A stretch of DNA of 64,000 bases, from positions 16,012 to 80,011 of the IMG/VR virus record IMGVR_UViG_3300028569_000028, one strand, 5' to 3'. The translations under genes and the position numbers were made by a program. This document shows positions 38,018 through 47,394 of the stretch, one piece after another (the stretch's first letter is position 1; the number at the start of each line of letters is the position of its first letter). The notes beneath the pieces are model-generated. The model searched no databases and had not been told where the DNA came from. It saw only the letters and a list, made by a program, of their open reading frames with translations. Source of the stretch: a virus.

Positions 38018-40828
38018 TTAGTAGTAGTAAGTTATGAAAATGCTATCGCCTTCTTCAATTTTTTCTTCACCGCTTGGGTTAGCAAAAGAATTGATCCAAG
38101 TAAGACGAGTTTTACCGCCAACAACGCTGACAGTATAATCTTCATCTTTATGAACAGAAAGACGATTTACACAAACAATAAGAGAATTAGCAACTACTTC
38201 TCTTTCAAGTTCAATGTAGCCAAGTTCAGAACTAATAACAGTTTTTTGTTTACCAAAAGCTTTAGCTTCGATAACATCCAAACGTTGATCTAGAGCTTCT
38301 TCAGCAGAAGTTGCTCTTGAAACTTCATTAGAAACAGAACCTTCTACAGCTGTAATATCACTTTCTGCAGTGGTCATACGACCTTCTAGAGATGTGATAT
38401 TTTGTTCAGCATTAAGCATTTGAGATTGAAGAGTAGAAACGTCAGACTCTACTTCGTCCATACGGCCTTCAAGAGCAACAACGTCACCCTCAGCAGTATC
38501 CATACGGCCTTCAAGAGCTACAATATCGCCCTCAGCAGTATCCATTCTACCTTCAAGAGCTACTACATCTCCTTCAGCAGTTGTAAGTCTAGAATTAAGT
38601 CCAGACTCTACACCCATAGCTCTTATTTCTTCGTCATCAATAGCAGACTGAAGAGAAGCTTCTACGCCCATAGCACGAGACATCTCTGAGCTAACAGCAC
38701 TTGTTCTATCAGAAATTTCTTGAGTAATTTGAGATTGTAAAGAACCCTCAACTCCCATAGCTCTAGTTTCTTCAGAATCAATATTACCTTGAAGAGTTTG
38801 TTCTGCACTTTCAGCACGAGACTCCTCAGAATCGATCTGAGATTGTAGAGAACCTTCCACACCCATTGCACGAGATTCTTCAGAATCAATTTGAGACTGC
38901 AAAGATCCCTCAACGCCCATAGCGCGAGTTTCTTCTGCATCGATATTATCTTGAAGAACTTGTTCTGCACTTTCAGCGCGAGACTCTTCTGAATCAATTT
39001 GAGACTGTAAAGACCCTTCAATACCTGTTGCACGAGTTACTTCTGCATCAATTGCATCTTGAAGATCTTGTTCAGCAGCTTGAGCACGAGCTACTTCCTC
39101 TCCTAGAGCAGAAGAAGAACCTGTACCTAGAGCAGAAATTGCTCCTTGTAGGCTAGAATCTGCAGACTGGAAAGCAGCAATTACTTCTGTCAATGAATCA
39201 AGAGCAGCTGGATCAACATTACTTAGAATATTGTTGATTTGGTTTTGTAGACCTTGGTCAGCAGAAATACGAGCTGATTCTTCAGAATCAATCTGAGATT
39301 GCAAAGACCCTTCTACGCCCATAGCTCTAGTTTCTTCAGAATCAATTTGACCCTGTAGAGAACCTTCTACACCCATAGCACGAGACATTTCTTGAGAAAC
39401 AGCATCTTCTCTGTCAGAAACTTCTTGAGTAACTTGGTTTTGAAGCTTACTGATACCTTCTACTAGAGAATCAGTAGAAACTACTTCTCCAGACATTTCA
39501 ACATCAAGAAGAGAAAGCTCAGATTGCTGAACTCTTTCTTCAGTAAAGAACTTATTAACCATTCCTTCTTGTACGTTATCACTGTTAATAGCGAAATCGC
39601 CATTAGCAAAAGTAACGCTTAATCCAGCATTTGGATCAGAAGATAAAGAAACATCGCCTAACTGGATTGTATTACCAGAAAGGAATAGATCTTTAAATTT
39701 CTTGGTAGAAGAACCTAAATCATAAGCTTCATCTGTATCTGGGATAATGCTTCCAGAAATATTTCCAAGTTTTGTTTGAACTCTTTCATTTGTGAAGTAA
39801 AGGTTAGACCCTTCAACTACTTCACTAGTAGTAAGATCATCAATTTGCTGTTGTAAAGAACCTTCGACACCCATAGCACGAGTTTCTTCAGAAGAAACCG
39901 CTGTAATTCTGTCAGAAACTTCTTGATCAAGAGCATCTTGAATAGACTCTTCCACACCCATAGCACGAGACATTTCTGAACTAACAGCAGATGTTCTGTC
40001 AGAAACTTCTTGCGTGATTTGACTTTGTAGAGAACCCTCAACTCCCATAGCACGAGACATCTCTGAGCTAACAGCAGATGTTCTATCTGAGATTTCTTGA
40101 GTGATTTGACCCTGTAGAGAACCTTCTACGCCCATAGCACGAGTTTCTTCAGAATCAATTTCTTCCTGAAGACCTTGCTCAGCAGATTGAGCACGAGAAA
40201 CTTCAGATGTAATTTGAGACTGTAGAGAACCTTCTACGCCCATTGCGCGAGTTTCTTCGTCTTCAATTTTACCATCAAGAACGATATCAGCAGCTTCACG
40301 AGCTGACTCTTCAGAGTCAATATTAGACTGGAGAGTTGATTCAGCAGTTTGAGCACGAGAAATTTCTTCTCCCAAAGCTGATGTTGAACCAGTTCCCAAT
40401 GCTGATATTGCATCTACTAAGTTTTGATCGGCTTGTTGGAAAGCTTGTACAACTTCTGTCAAAGAATCTAGGGCACCCGGATCTACGTTACTCAAAATAT
40501 TGTTAATTTGAGATTGTAGACCTGCATCTCCAGCAATACGTGAAGTTTCTTCTGCATTTAGAGCTGACTGTAAAGAACCTTCTGCAGCAACTGCACGAGA
40601 CTCTTCTGTTTCAAGAGCACTTTCAAGATCTGATCTTAATTCATCTACTTGAGATTTAAAGGCAATTTCTTGCCCTTTGGACAATACTTCACCATCTGAA
40701 CCAAGCTTCAAGAGTTCAATCTCTCCAGCTGGGCCTTCAATTCGTAAAGATTGGCCACTTAGAAGTTTAATTTTCGATCCGTCAACGGCATCGTTTTTAA
40801 TAAACTTCTTTTTAATTTGTTGAGCCAT
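38018..40828 (-). CDS. long acidic coiled-coil fibre protein
   Basis: Many SEETRAMGVEGSLQSQI repeats, duplicated NVDPxALDSLTEV module, ALEGRMDTAEGD repeats. Confidence 0.75.
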   Translation of the reverse strand: MAQQIKKKFIKNDAVDGSKIKLLSGQSLRIEGPAGEIELLKLGSDGEVLSKGQEIAFKSQVDELRSDLESALETEESRAVAAEGSLQSALNAEETSRIAGDAGLQSQINNILSNVDPGALDSLTEVVQAFQQADQNLVDAISALGTGSTSALGEEISRAQTAESTLQSNIDSEESAREAADIVLDGKIEDEETRAMGVEGSLQSQITSEVSRAQSAEQGLQEEIDSEETRAMGVEGSLQGQITQEISDRTSAVSSEMSRAMGVEGSLQSQITQEVSDRTSAVSSEMSRAMGVEESIQDALDQEVSDRITAVSSEETRAMGVEGSLQQQIDDLTTSEVVEGSNLYFTNERVQTKLGNISGSIIPDTDEAYDLGSSTKKFKDLFLSGNTIQLGDVSLSSDPNAGLSVTFANGDFAINSDNVQEGMVNKFFTEERVQQSELSLLDVEMSGEVVSTDSLVEGISKLQNQVTQEVSDREDAVSQEMSRAMGVEGSLQGQIDSEETRAMGVEGSLQSQIDSEESARISADQGLQNQINNILSNVDPAALDSLTEVIAAFQSADSSLQGAISALGTGSSSALGEEVARAQAAEQDLQDAIDAEVTRATGIEGSLQSQIDSEESRAESAEQVLQDNIDAEETRAMGVEGSLQSQIDSEESRAMGVEGSLQSQIDSEESRAESAEQTLQGNIDSEETRAMGVEGSLQSQITQEISDRTSAVSSEMSRAMGVEASLQSAIDDEEIRAMGVESGLNSRLTTAEGDVVALEGRMDTAEGDIVALEGRMDTAEGDVVALEGRMDEVESDVSTLQSQMLNAEQNITSLEGRMTTAESDITAVEGSVSNEVSRATSAEEALDQRLDVIEAKAFGKQKTVISSELGYIELEREVVANSLIVCVNRLSVHKDEDYTVSVVGGKTRLTWINSFANPSGEEKIEEGDSIFITYYY

Positions 40829-40846
40829 TCGCTCTCCCCTTGTTGT

Positions 40847-41215
40847 TTAGTACTGAATAATCAGTACATCTGTTTCTTCTAAGAATCCATCCAGTCCTAG
40901 GTCACTCCATGATATTTTATTTCCAATTACCTGATAGTCTATATCGTTTAACTGAGAAATTCCTCCATATATATCAATAGTAACAGCACTAGATACTAAG
41001 GGTGTTTGCGCAAGCGTCACAAATTTGTTATTTATATCAGCTTGAGTTAATTGAATTTTTTCAACAACAGAGCCTCCAATAGGAAAACCTCCTGCTGAAA
41101 CTCCATCACCCCCGTAAAATGCTTTTTTATCTACATCATAAACTACTTCGCTGCCTTGTAAAACAAGAGCAATTCTTTGAAGCGTTGTAATCTTAGGTGC
41201 TTTAAATATCGCCAT
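40847..41215 (-). CDS. small fibre-associated protein
   Basis: GSEVVYDVD..AFYGGDG..GG motif; C-terminus resembles that of 38018. Confidence 0.6.
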   Translation of the reverse strand: MAIFKAPKITTLQRIALVLQGSEVVYDVDKKAFYGGDGVSAGGFPIGGSVVEKIQLTQADINNKFVTLAQTPLVSSAVTIDIYGGISQLNDIDYQVIGNKISWSDLGLDGFLEETDVLIIQY

Positions 41216-41390
41216 CGTAAACTCTTAAGCCTTGGTCAATTTGGGAAGAATCTATACTCCTATCCCCCATATCAATCTGGATATCACTTTCTAGTGTATC
41301 TCCCATATCGATATCGGCTAACTCGGCAAACGTTTCAGGAGGCTCTGTCCAAACAATTTCGGCTTTAAATTGGTCAAATTTCCAAGGCAT
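41202..41390 (-). CDS. small acidic virion protein
   Basis: IDMGD repeats; coupled. Confidence 0.55.
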   Translation of the reverse strand: MPWKFDQFKAEIVWTEPPETFAELADIDMGDTLESDIQIDMGDRSIDSSQIDQGLRVYDGDI

Positions 41391-42226
41391 TAATACCTCG
41401 TCTTTTGAACGGATACTATTAGTTTTTTTGTTGAGTCTACGTAAGTAACTAAAACGTCTTGCACTACTTGTGTATTATATTTATAACTATAAAGTTCGCT
41501 TATATTACTTGGAAATGTAGTGGCAATTTCATCCCACAAAACTTCATTTGGAGGAACGGTAGCTTCTTCTCTATGTTCAAACTGTCCTGTAAATAAATTA
41601 AACCTATAGTTTTTTAAAGTTTGACCTTTATAAACGGGATTAGAATTATCATAGTCAATCTGAATAAATCCAACTAATTCCTGTGCACCGCTTGTATTAG
41701 TTATTGTAAAGCCTGTGCCAAAATTGCTAGAGCTTGTCACAAGCCCAAGTCCGGCAGTTCTAATGTCCACAACAGAATTCGTCCTAGAAGCTGTAAAATC
41801 GTCTTTAAACAGCGTATTGAGCGTCAGGGATACTGCCATAGCAATTACTGAAGAAGGATCATTAGCGTTAATTTGAATCTCAATAGGAGTGGAATTCTGT
41901 GGAGCTGGATCTACCCCAAAATTATCAACGTTAAACCAAATGTGAAATGGCTTATTATCTGGAGCTGAGAAAAGTTTAATGTATGTATTTTGTAAAGAGC
42001 CAACTACGTCTGAAACACAACCTAGTGTTGTTTTGTGAGACTCAGAGCCTCTAAAATAAGAAACTTCAATTGGCTGGTTATCTAAATTATAATCAGCTCT
42101 AAAGTGTGTATAATAGCTTGAAATTACTGATCTGGTATCGGTTGTGCGAATAGATTGTCCATGAAAGTCATGAACTTCTTTAACTATAAGGCCGGGATCA
42201 TATTGGGAATTTTTATTATTAGCCAT
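41390..42226 (-). CDS. virion structural protein
   Basis: FHIWFNV..P motif similar to segments of tubular B. Confidence 0.6.
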   Translation of the reverse strand: MANNKNSQYDPGLIVKEVHDFHGQSIRTTDTRSVISSYYTHFRADYNLDNQPIEVSYFRGSESHKTTLGCVSDVVGSLQNTYIKLFSAPDNKPFHIWFNVDNFGVDPAPQNSTPIEIQINANDPSSVIAMAVSLTLNTLFKDDFTASRTNSVVDIRTAGLGLVTSSSNFGTGFTITNTSGAQELVGFIQIDYDNSNPVYKGQTLKNYRFNLFTGQFEHREEATVPPNEVLWDEIATTFPSNISELYSYKYNTQVVQDVLVTYVDSTKKLIVSVQKTRY

Positions 42227-42240
42227 TAAAACCTCTGTTA

Positions 42241-42250
42241 TATAAGGGTG
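42241..42250 (-). promoter_or_regulatory. late promoter motif CACCCTTATA
   Basis: Exact intergenic copy. Confidence 0.8.
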
Positions 42251-42282
42251 TTTTTTTACGTATTTCTAAGTACTTAAAAACA

Positions 42283-45200
42283 CTACACAGAGGTCGTTAT
42301 AGCTCTAAATTTAATAATTCCAGATACAAAACCAGTATAATTCAAAGATGTATATTGAATTTGCCCAGTGTTAGTTATATTAAAAATAACTCCTGTGGCA
42401 TCTCCTTTGGTGCTGATTGAGTAATCCCACTCCGAGCCTTTCTGTATACCTTCTAGTTCAAAGACCTCAAATAGGTCAGTAGTAGCATCTACAGACACCG
42501 AAATAAGAGCTTTGAAAGATCTAACAACAGCATTATTAAAAGTGAATCCAGTTATACTTTCAGGAACAACCTGAGAGTTAGAAAAAGAATAGCTTCCTTC
42601 ACTGAGATCGCCCGGAGATATACCAGCACTTACCAAAGCGTCTACCTGAGCTTTTGTGTAGTAACGAATATCTCCACGAGCATCTGTATGATACTGAATG
42701 TGGTCGTCGTTACTAAGTCCAGAAAGAAGTCCATGACTTGTTGCAACACCAGCTGGGGTATAAAGCTGAGTGCCTCTAAAATCAACATAAGATCCACCAT
42801 TTATAGATCTTGTTCTAGCCTTTGGTGTATTTGTGTAAGTATTAGCAGTTTCAAAAACAACACTACCGAGAGCTACAAATTCAGCAAATGGTAAGCCAGA
42901 TAAACTGGTAATTTCAGTACTTGCAGCAAGTCTAGCAGCTGTAACATTTCCGTACTCAGCAATACCTTGAATTGCTATAATTGGAGTTTCTTTATCATTT
43001 GTGCCAAATAAATGCACAAGAACAAAAGCATTATTAGCAACTTCTGTTAATTGCCAAGAACCTGAAATTAATTGATTATAAGGTAATCTTCCAGAAACTC
43101 CAGTATATCCAGCCGTTCCGCTATAAATAACTGGAAAGGAATCTGCAGCTTTTTTACGCCACAAGGTTCCTTGTCTAAATAAAACAGGAATTTGTGTTTC
43201 TGCGGGTAGAGTTAAAAGTAAATCCTCGTCACGAATTGTACCTTCGTCTGCTGTAAATTGAGCATGAGTTGCTAAGCTACCATCGCCATTAACTACGAAG
43301 TTTTCTAAAGCCAAACCAGATAAGTATTGCGCTCCAAAAACTGTGTGGAGATAACTGTGAGTTTCTCCATCCATTACTAAGCCGTGTCTTTCTTCTGCAA
43401 AGTATGAATGAGTATTTGTATCTGTATTCCAGTAAACAATAGACAATAAAGCATTTTCTTTAAATAATACAGAACCGCCAACTTGAGTAGTAGAAAGAAC
43501 TCCAGAAGCGTTATAATAAATAAAATGATTTCCAGCCAAGTTAGGAATTTGTATAGTTTCGGCAGAGGTTTTTGTAAACTTTATACCTCTTACATAGAAT
43601 TCAAAAGAAGCTCCAACTGGAGCAATAGTGAAAGTTCTATCTGGACCAGAATCGCTAAAACTTGTCGTAGATTCTGTTCTTGTGGCAAAACCAGTTGGTT
43701 CATTAGTTACTGTATTCTGAGCTTCTCTTCTAGCAGCAAGTTCATCTAAATGAGCTTTAATTGTTGAACCGTCGGCAACATCCCAATAAGCAGGAACTGC
43801 TTGTTGATTTGCTAAATCATCAGAATCTAAAACAACTACATTTGTTTGTCCGTTGACAGAAAGTACTGGAGCTGCAGAAATTTCAACATAAATGCTTCCA
43901 GACCAGCGATAACATAGATTTGTGTCAAGAGCAATATAAATCTTACCAGTTTCTCCAGTTATAGGAAAAGCTGCTAAATTAGCATATTCCACAACATCAT
44001 CAACATAACTTGGAAGGTAGGTTGAGTCAATTTTAGCTAGAGAGTTTAGTGGAGCAACTCCATTAGCTACACCTTTTTGAGAAACAGAAATCTTATTAGC
44101 GGCTAATTGATCTAAAGCTCCCGCTACGTTAGATACAGCTGGAGACCAGTTTCCTGAAACTCCCATTTTATATCCAGCATCAGTAGCTGTTGGTCCAAAT
44201 ACTGTCCTAGTTCCGGTTAATGTATCTGAAACTTCTCCTCTATGAACATTTATTAATTGATAAAAACAAGTTCCTGTTTTATTTATACTAATAAAAGATA
44301 AATCTATTTTTTGCAAAGAAGCATTAGCAATACTAATAAAGTTTGTTGCGGTTAAGTTTGCTGTTGAATTAAAAAATCCCGTCTGAGCGAATCCCCACAT
44401 TCCAGTAATTGCTAAAGCCCCTGCAGTATGTGTAATTCCGTAAATTCCATATGTGTCATACATTGCTACAGCAACATTTGCACTATTTACAATAACATTT
44501 GCGTAACCAAGTTTACAACGATACATTCCTATCGTAGTTCCAGCTACTGGAGTTCCTGCAATATTGAGAGTTCCTTCAATTGTACAATCTACAAACTCAA
44601 TAAAATTTCTATAAGTACTTGTTAAATTTACACCAGTTCCAGCTAATCCAGCAACTGAACCATTTACAAACGCACAGTTCTCAAATAAATGTCTTCCGGG
44701 AGTATCGTTGATAACTAAAGCGTATCCAGAAGTTGGAGCAAATTCAATATCTTGTACACGAACTCTATTAGTTTGAGTTCCTGTAATAGTTAAACTTCCT
44801 ATTATTTTAAATGGTCCAGAATTAGTATTGTTTCTAACAGCTGGCATAATATATAAATTGGAAACTGCATTACTTACTGTGATGTTTTCCACCATAGTAA
44901 TATCATTTTTTAAATGAATTAAAATTGCTGTATTTCCACCAATATTCTGTAACTGCGCTGCGTTTACTGCTGCTTGAACTGTTTTAAACGGCTTGTAAGG
45001 AGAACCATCTACCACAGTTCCAATATAGTCATAATTAACGTGTAATTCATGGTAATAAGTAGAAGCATCTAATTGATTTTGTACTGATGTAGAAGCTGCG
45101 TCTACATAAGTTTTAACAGCTTTTTGAGAAGGATAAAGTGTATCTGAATTTCCAGCTAATGTTCCATCTACTGATTTATTAGCAGTATCTTCTTTAGCAT

Positions 45201-45774
45201 TTAAAGCTGTTTGAGTGGCTGTTGAAATTGGCTTATCTAAGTCGCTTGTATTATCAACATTTCCAAGACCAATATCATTGGGTGAAACATAATCTGTAAC
45301 TTGAAGCCAATTTGCTGGATAAGCTACTGGATTATAACCAGCTGCTCCAATTGCTATAATCATTCTAAATGAAGCACCATTAAACATTACACCGTCACCA
45401 ACAGTATATGTTACTCCATTATTATAATCACCAGTCCAACTAACATCAGTAATTAAATCTAAAGCTGCTTGGGTAGCTGTAGAAATTGGCTTGTCTAAAT
45501 CACTTGTATTATCAACTTGGTCTAGGCCAATGTCGGACTTGTCCAGAACAACGTCACCAACTTGTGTGTTGACTGAAGTAACTTCTGATGGAGAAATTTC
45601 AACGTAAGAAGTTCCATTCCATTTATAAAGCTTTTCTGTGTCAGCTGCTAAATAGATTTTACTTAATTGTCCTACTAATGGAAAAGAAGAAAGGTCGGCA
45701 TATTCTTGAAAGCCGGTTCCGCCTCCCCCTCCAGAAATTGAAATATATCCAAGTCTAATTGCGGTATGAGCCAT
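42283..45774 (-). CDS. tail fibre/spike protein with central beta-helix-like region
   Basis: DIGLGNVDNTSDLDKPISTATQ x2, FP..G..KIY.A.DT..Y.W.G.YVEIS x2, DGSPYKPFKTVQAAV beta-helix cap. Confidence 0.8.
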   Translation of the reverse strand: MAHTAIRLGYISISGGGGGTGFQEYADLSSFPLVGQLSKIYLAADTEKLYKWNGTSYVEISPSEVTSVNTQVGDVVLDKSDIGLDQVDNTSDLDKPISTATQAALDLITDVSWTGDYNNGVTYTVGDGVMFNGASFRMIIAIGAAGYNPVAYPANWLQVTDYVSPNDIGLGNVDNTSDLDKPISTATQTALNAKEDTANKSVDGTLAGNSDTLYPSQKAVKTYVDAASTSVQNQLDASTYYHELHVNYDYIGTVVDGSPYKPFKTVQAAVNAAQLQNIGGNTAILIHLKNDITMVENITVSNAVSNLYIMPAVRNNTNSGPFKIIGSLTITGTQTNRVRVQDIEFAPTSGYALVINDTPGRHLFENCAFVNGSVAGLAGTGVNLTSTYRNFIEFVDCTIEGTLNIAGTPVAGTTIGMYRCKLGYANVIVNSANVAVAMYDTYGIYGITHTAGALAITGMWGFAQTGFFNSTANLTATNFISIANASLQKIDLSFISINKTGTCFYQLINVHRGEVSDTLTGTRTVFGPTATDAGYKMGVSGNWSPAVSNVAGALDQLAANKISVSQKGVANGVAPLNSLAKIDSTYLPSYVDDVVEYANLAAFPITGETGKIYIALDTNLCYRWSGSIYVEISAAPVLSVNGQTNVVVLDSDDLANQQAVPAYWDVADGSTIKAHLDELAARREAQNTVTNEPTGFATRTESTTSFSDSGPDRTFTIAPVGASFEFYVRGIKFTKTSAETIQIPNLAGNHFIYYNASGVLSTTQVGGSVLFKENALLSIVYWNTDTNTHSYFAEERHGLVMDGETHSYLHTVFGAQYLSGLALENFVVNGDGSLATHAQFTADEGTIRDEDLLLTLPAETQIPVLFRQGTLWRKKAADSFPVIYSGTAGYTGVSGRLPYNQLISGSWQLTEVANNAFVLVHLFGTNDKETPIIAIQGIAEYGNVTAARLAASTEITSLSGLPFAEFVALGSVVFETANTYTNTPKARTRSINGGSYVDFRGTQLYTPAGVATSHGLLSGLSNDDHIQYHTDARGDIRYYTKAQVDALVSAGISPGDLSEGSYSFSNSQVVPESITGFTFNNAVVRSFKALISVSVDATTDLFEVFELEGIQKGSEWDYSISTKGDATGVIFNITNTGQIQYTSLNYTGFVSGIIKFRAITTSV

Positions 45775-45776
45775 AA

Positions 45777-46133
45777 CTAGTGCCTTTGTTTAGCAGCGTA
45801 AAATATTCTTGTAACGTCTAATGCACCAGAAACGACATCTACCTTAACTCTGGCAAATAAAGCTCCAGAACCAGCAATGTCCCAAATGTGAGAGCCTGAT
45901 GCATCTGTTATAGCTTGTGTCGATTCTACAATGTCAGCAAAATTTATATTGTCTGAGGAAATTTGTAAAATAAGACTCATGGCAGGAGAAACGCCATTGT
46001 CATAGTTAACTTGAATGGAAAACTCGCTTTCTCTGTCATCCAAAGAAAACGCTGGAGAAACCCATGTAGCATTAACAGTTTCTGGTCCATCCAATATCTC
46101 TTTGAGGCGAATTGCATCTAAAATAAAGCTCAT
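45777..46133 (-). CDS. virion structural protein
   Basis: Beta-rich; LQISSDNINF. Confidence 0.6.
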   Translation of the reverse strand: MSFILDAIRLKEILDGPETVNATWVSPAFSLDDRESEFSIQVNYDNGVSPAMSLILQISSDNINFADIVESTQAITDASGSHIWDIAGSGALFARVKVDVVSGALDVTRIFYAAKQRH

Positions 46134-46411
46134 TTTTCTTCCTCTTTTTTATCAAATTCTATTCTACCCTTGTCTGCAGTCATTCTTCTTCCTAAATATG
46201 CAAACAAACATCCAAAAAATAAATAATTAGCAGCATCTAAGTCAACAGTTCCCAGAATTTTAGTAACCTTCCCAATTTGTCCAAGAAGTGCTGTATTAAA
46301 AGATATGAAAGCAAAAGTAGCAGTTATGGAAGGCTTACCATCAACCCTTATCATTGGTAATGGTATTCCATACTGGTTCATTTTCTTAAACAATTCCTTT
46401 ATCTTTTCCAC
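46130..46411 (-). CDS. two-TM membrane protein (holin candidate)
   Basis: Two hydrophobic segments, charged C-terminus. Confidence 0.5.
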   Translation of the reverse strand: MEKIKELFKKMNQYGIPLPMIRVDGKPSITATFAFISFNTALLGQIGKVTKILGTVDLDAANYLFFGCLFAYLGRRMTADKGRIEFDKKEEEK

Positions 46412-46896
46412 TATCTCTTACCTTTTTTCCAGTCTTCAAAAGAATAAACTTTAGCTGAAACAATAGTGTGGTTATCATAAAGCTTTGTAACAGCTCTTAA
46501 ATAACCCCGGTAAGCTCTATAATCTTTCTTTTCTTCCGTTGAAATTGCACAATCAGCAAGTTGCGTCCAGTCAGTCATTGCTAAAAGCTGCGTTCTTTTT
46601 CTTCTAAAGATCTTCCAAATATCTTCTACTGAGTTAGGAGAAGCTTCTTCAATCTTAAGCTCAACGCCTTCTGTAAGCTTGTAATACCTTACAATATTAC
46701 CATCAACAAGTTCCGTTTTTTCATCCACTACAAATGGTTGATTTTCTGGAGTTATATAACTTTCTTCAACCCACTTGGAAATTCCATTCCAATGTCCAAA
46801 AGCTAAATGATAGTCTCTATAAAGCTGGGCAAGTTCTGAAGTTTCAAATTCATGCACTTGCTCAATATCGCCTTGACGAACAATAAGCTTGTGCAT
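46411..46896 (-). CDS. tail fibre assembly chaperone
   Basis: RRKRTQLLAMTDWTQLAD...YRGYLR motif. Confidence 0.75.
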   Translation of the reverse strand: MHKLIVRQGDIEQVHEFETSELAQLYRDYHLAFGHWNGISKWVEESYITPENQPFVVDEKTELVDGNIVRYYKLTEGVELKIEEASPNSVEDIWKIFRRKRTQLLAMTDWTQLADCAISTEEKKDYRAYRGYLRAVTKLYDNHTIVSAKVYSFEDWKKGKR

Positions 46897-46906
46897 GAAT
46901 TAATCC

Positions 46907-47392
46907 TTACTTAATAATTGCTTCTCTAGCCATTTGTCTTTGCTGCAATAGCTCTTGGAATTCCTCTCCAGATAAGCTTGTAGCTAAACCTATATCTTGC
47001 TGATCGCGATGGCGTAGAACTTTCCAATCATTTCCATCAAGAAAAGCTTGTGCTTCTGCATTTGCTTTTTCTTGCTCAAGCTGAGAAGTTATGTCAACAA
47101 TCTCAACTTCGTAGCTGCCCGGAATATGCATTTCCTGCATTTCATGTTGAGCTGGAACAATTTCTACATCTTGAAACTGTGGAGGATCAAATGATTCTCC
47201 GTTTTCATCAAGTACTTCTTGAGATTCAAGAACTGCTGGAGAAATTTCTACTTGCTGTTGAATTGTCTGGGCTGGTTCGCCAAAACTTTTCATGCCTTCG
47301 TGGTGAGAAAGCCAAGCTTGCGCCTCTTCCTGTGAAGGAAAAGACGCTTGGTTAGTAATTTGATCTTGTTTTTTTATTGATATTTTAATCAT
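46907..47392 (-). CDS. tail fibre assembly chaperone-like protein
   Basis: FLDGNDWKVLRHRDQ...RQMAR. Confidence 0.6.
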   Translation of the reverse strand: MIKISIKKQDQITNQASFPSQEEAQAWLSHHEGMKSFGEPAQTIQQQVEISPAVLESQEVLDENGESFDPPQFQDVEIVPAQHEMQEMHIPGSYEVEIVDITSQLEQEKANAEAQAFLDGNDWKVLRHRDQQDIGLATSLSGEEFQELLQQRQMAREAIIK

Positions 47393-47394
47393 AA

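Noticed and set aside
36542-40828. CRISPR array or DGR repeats
   Set aside because: The repeats are in-frame coding repeats with no unique spacers or adenine-specific variation, and there is no reverse transcriptase.
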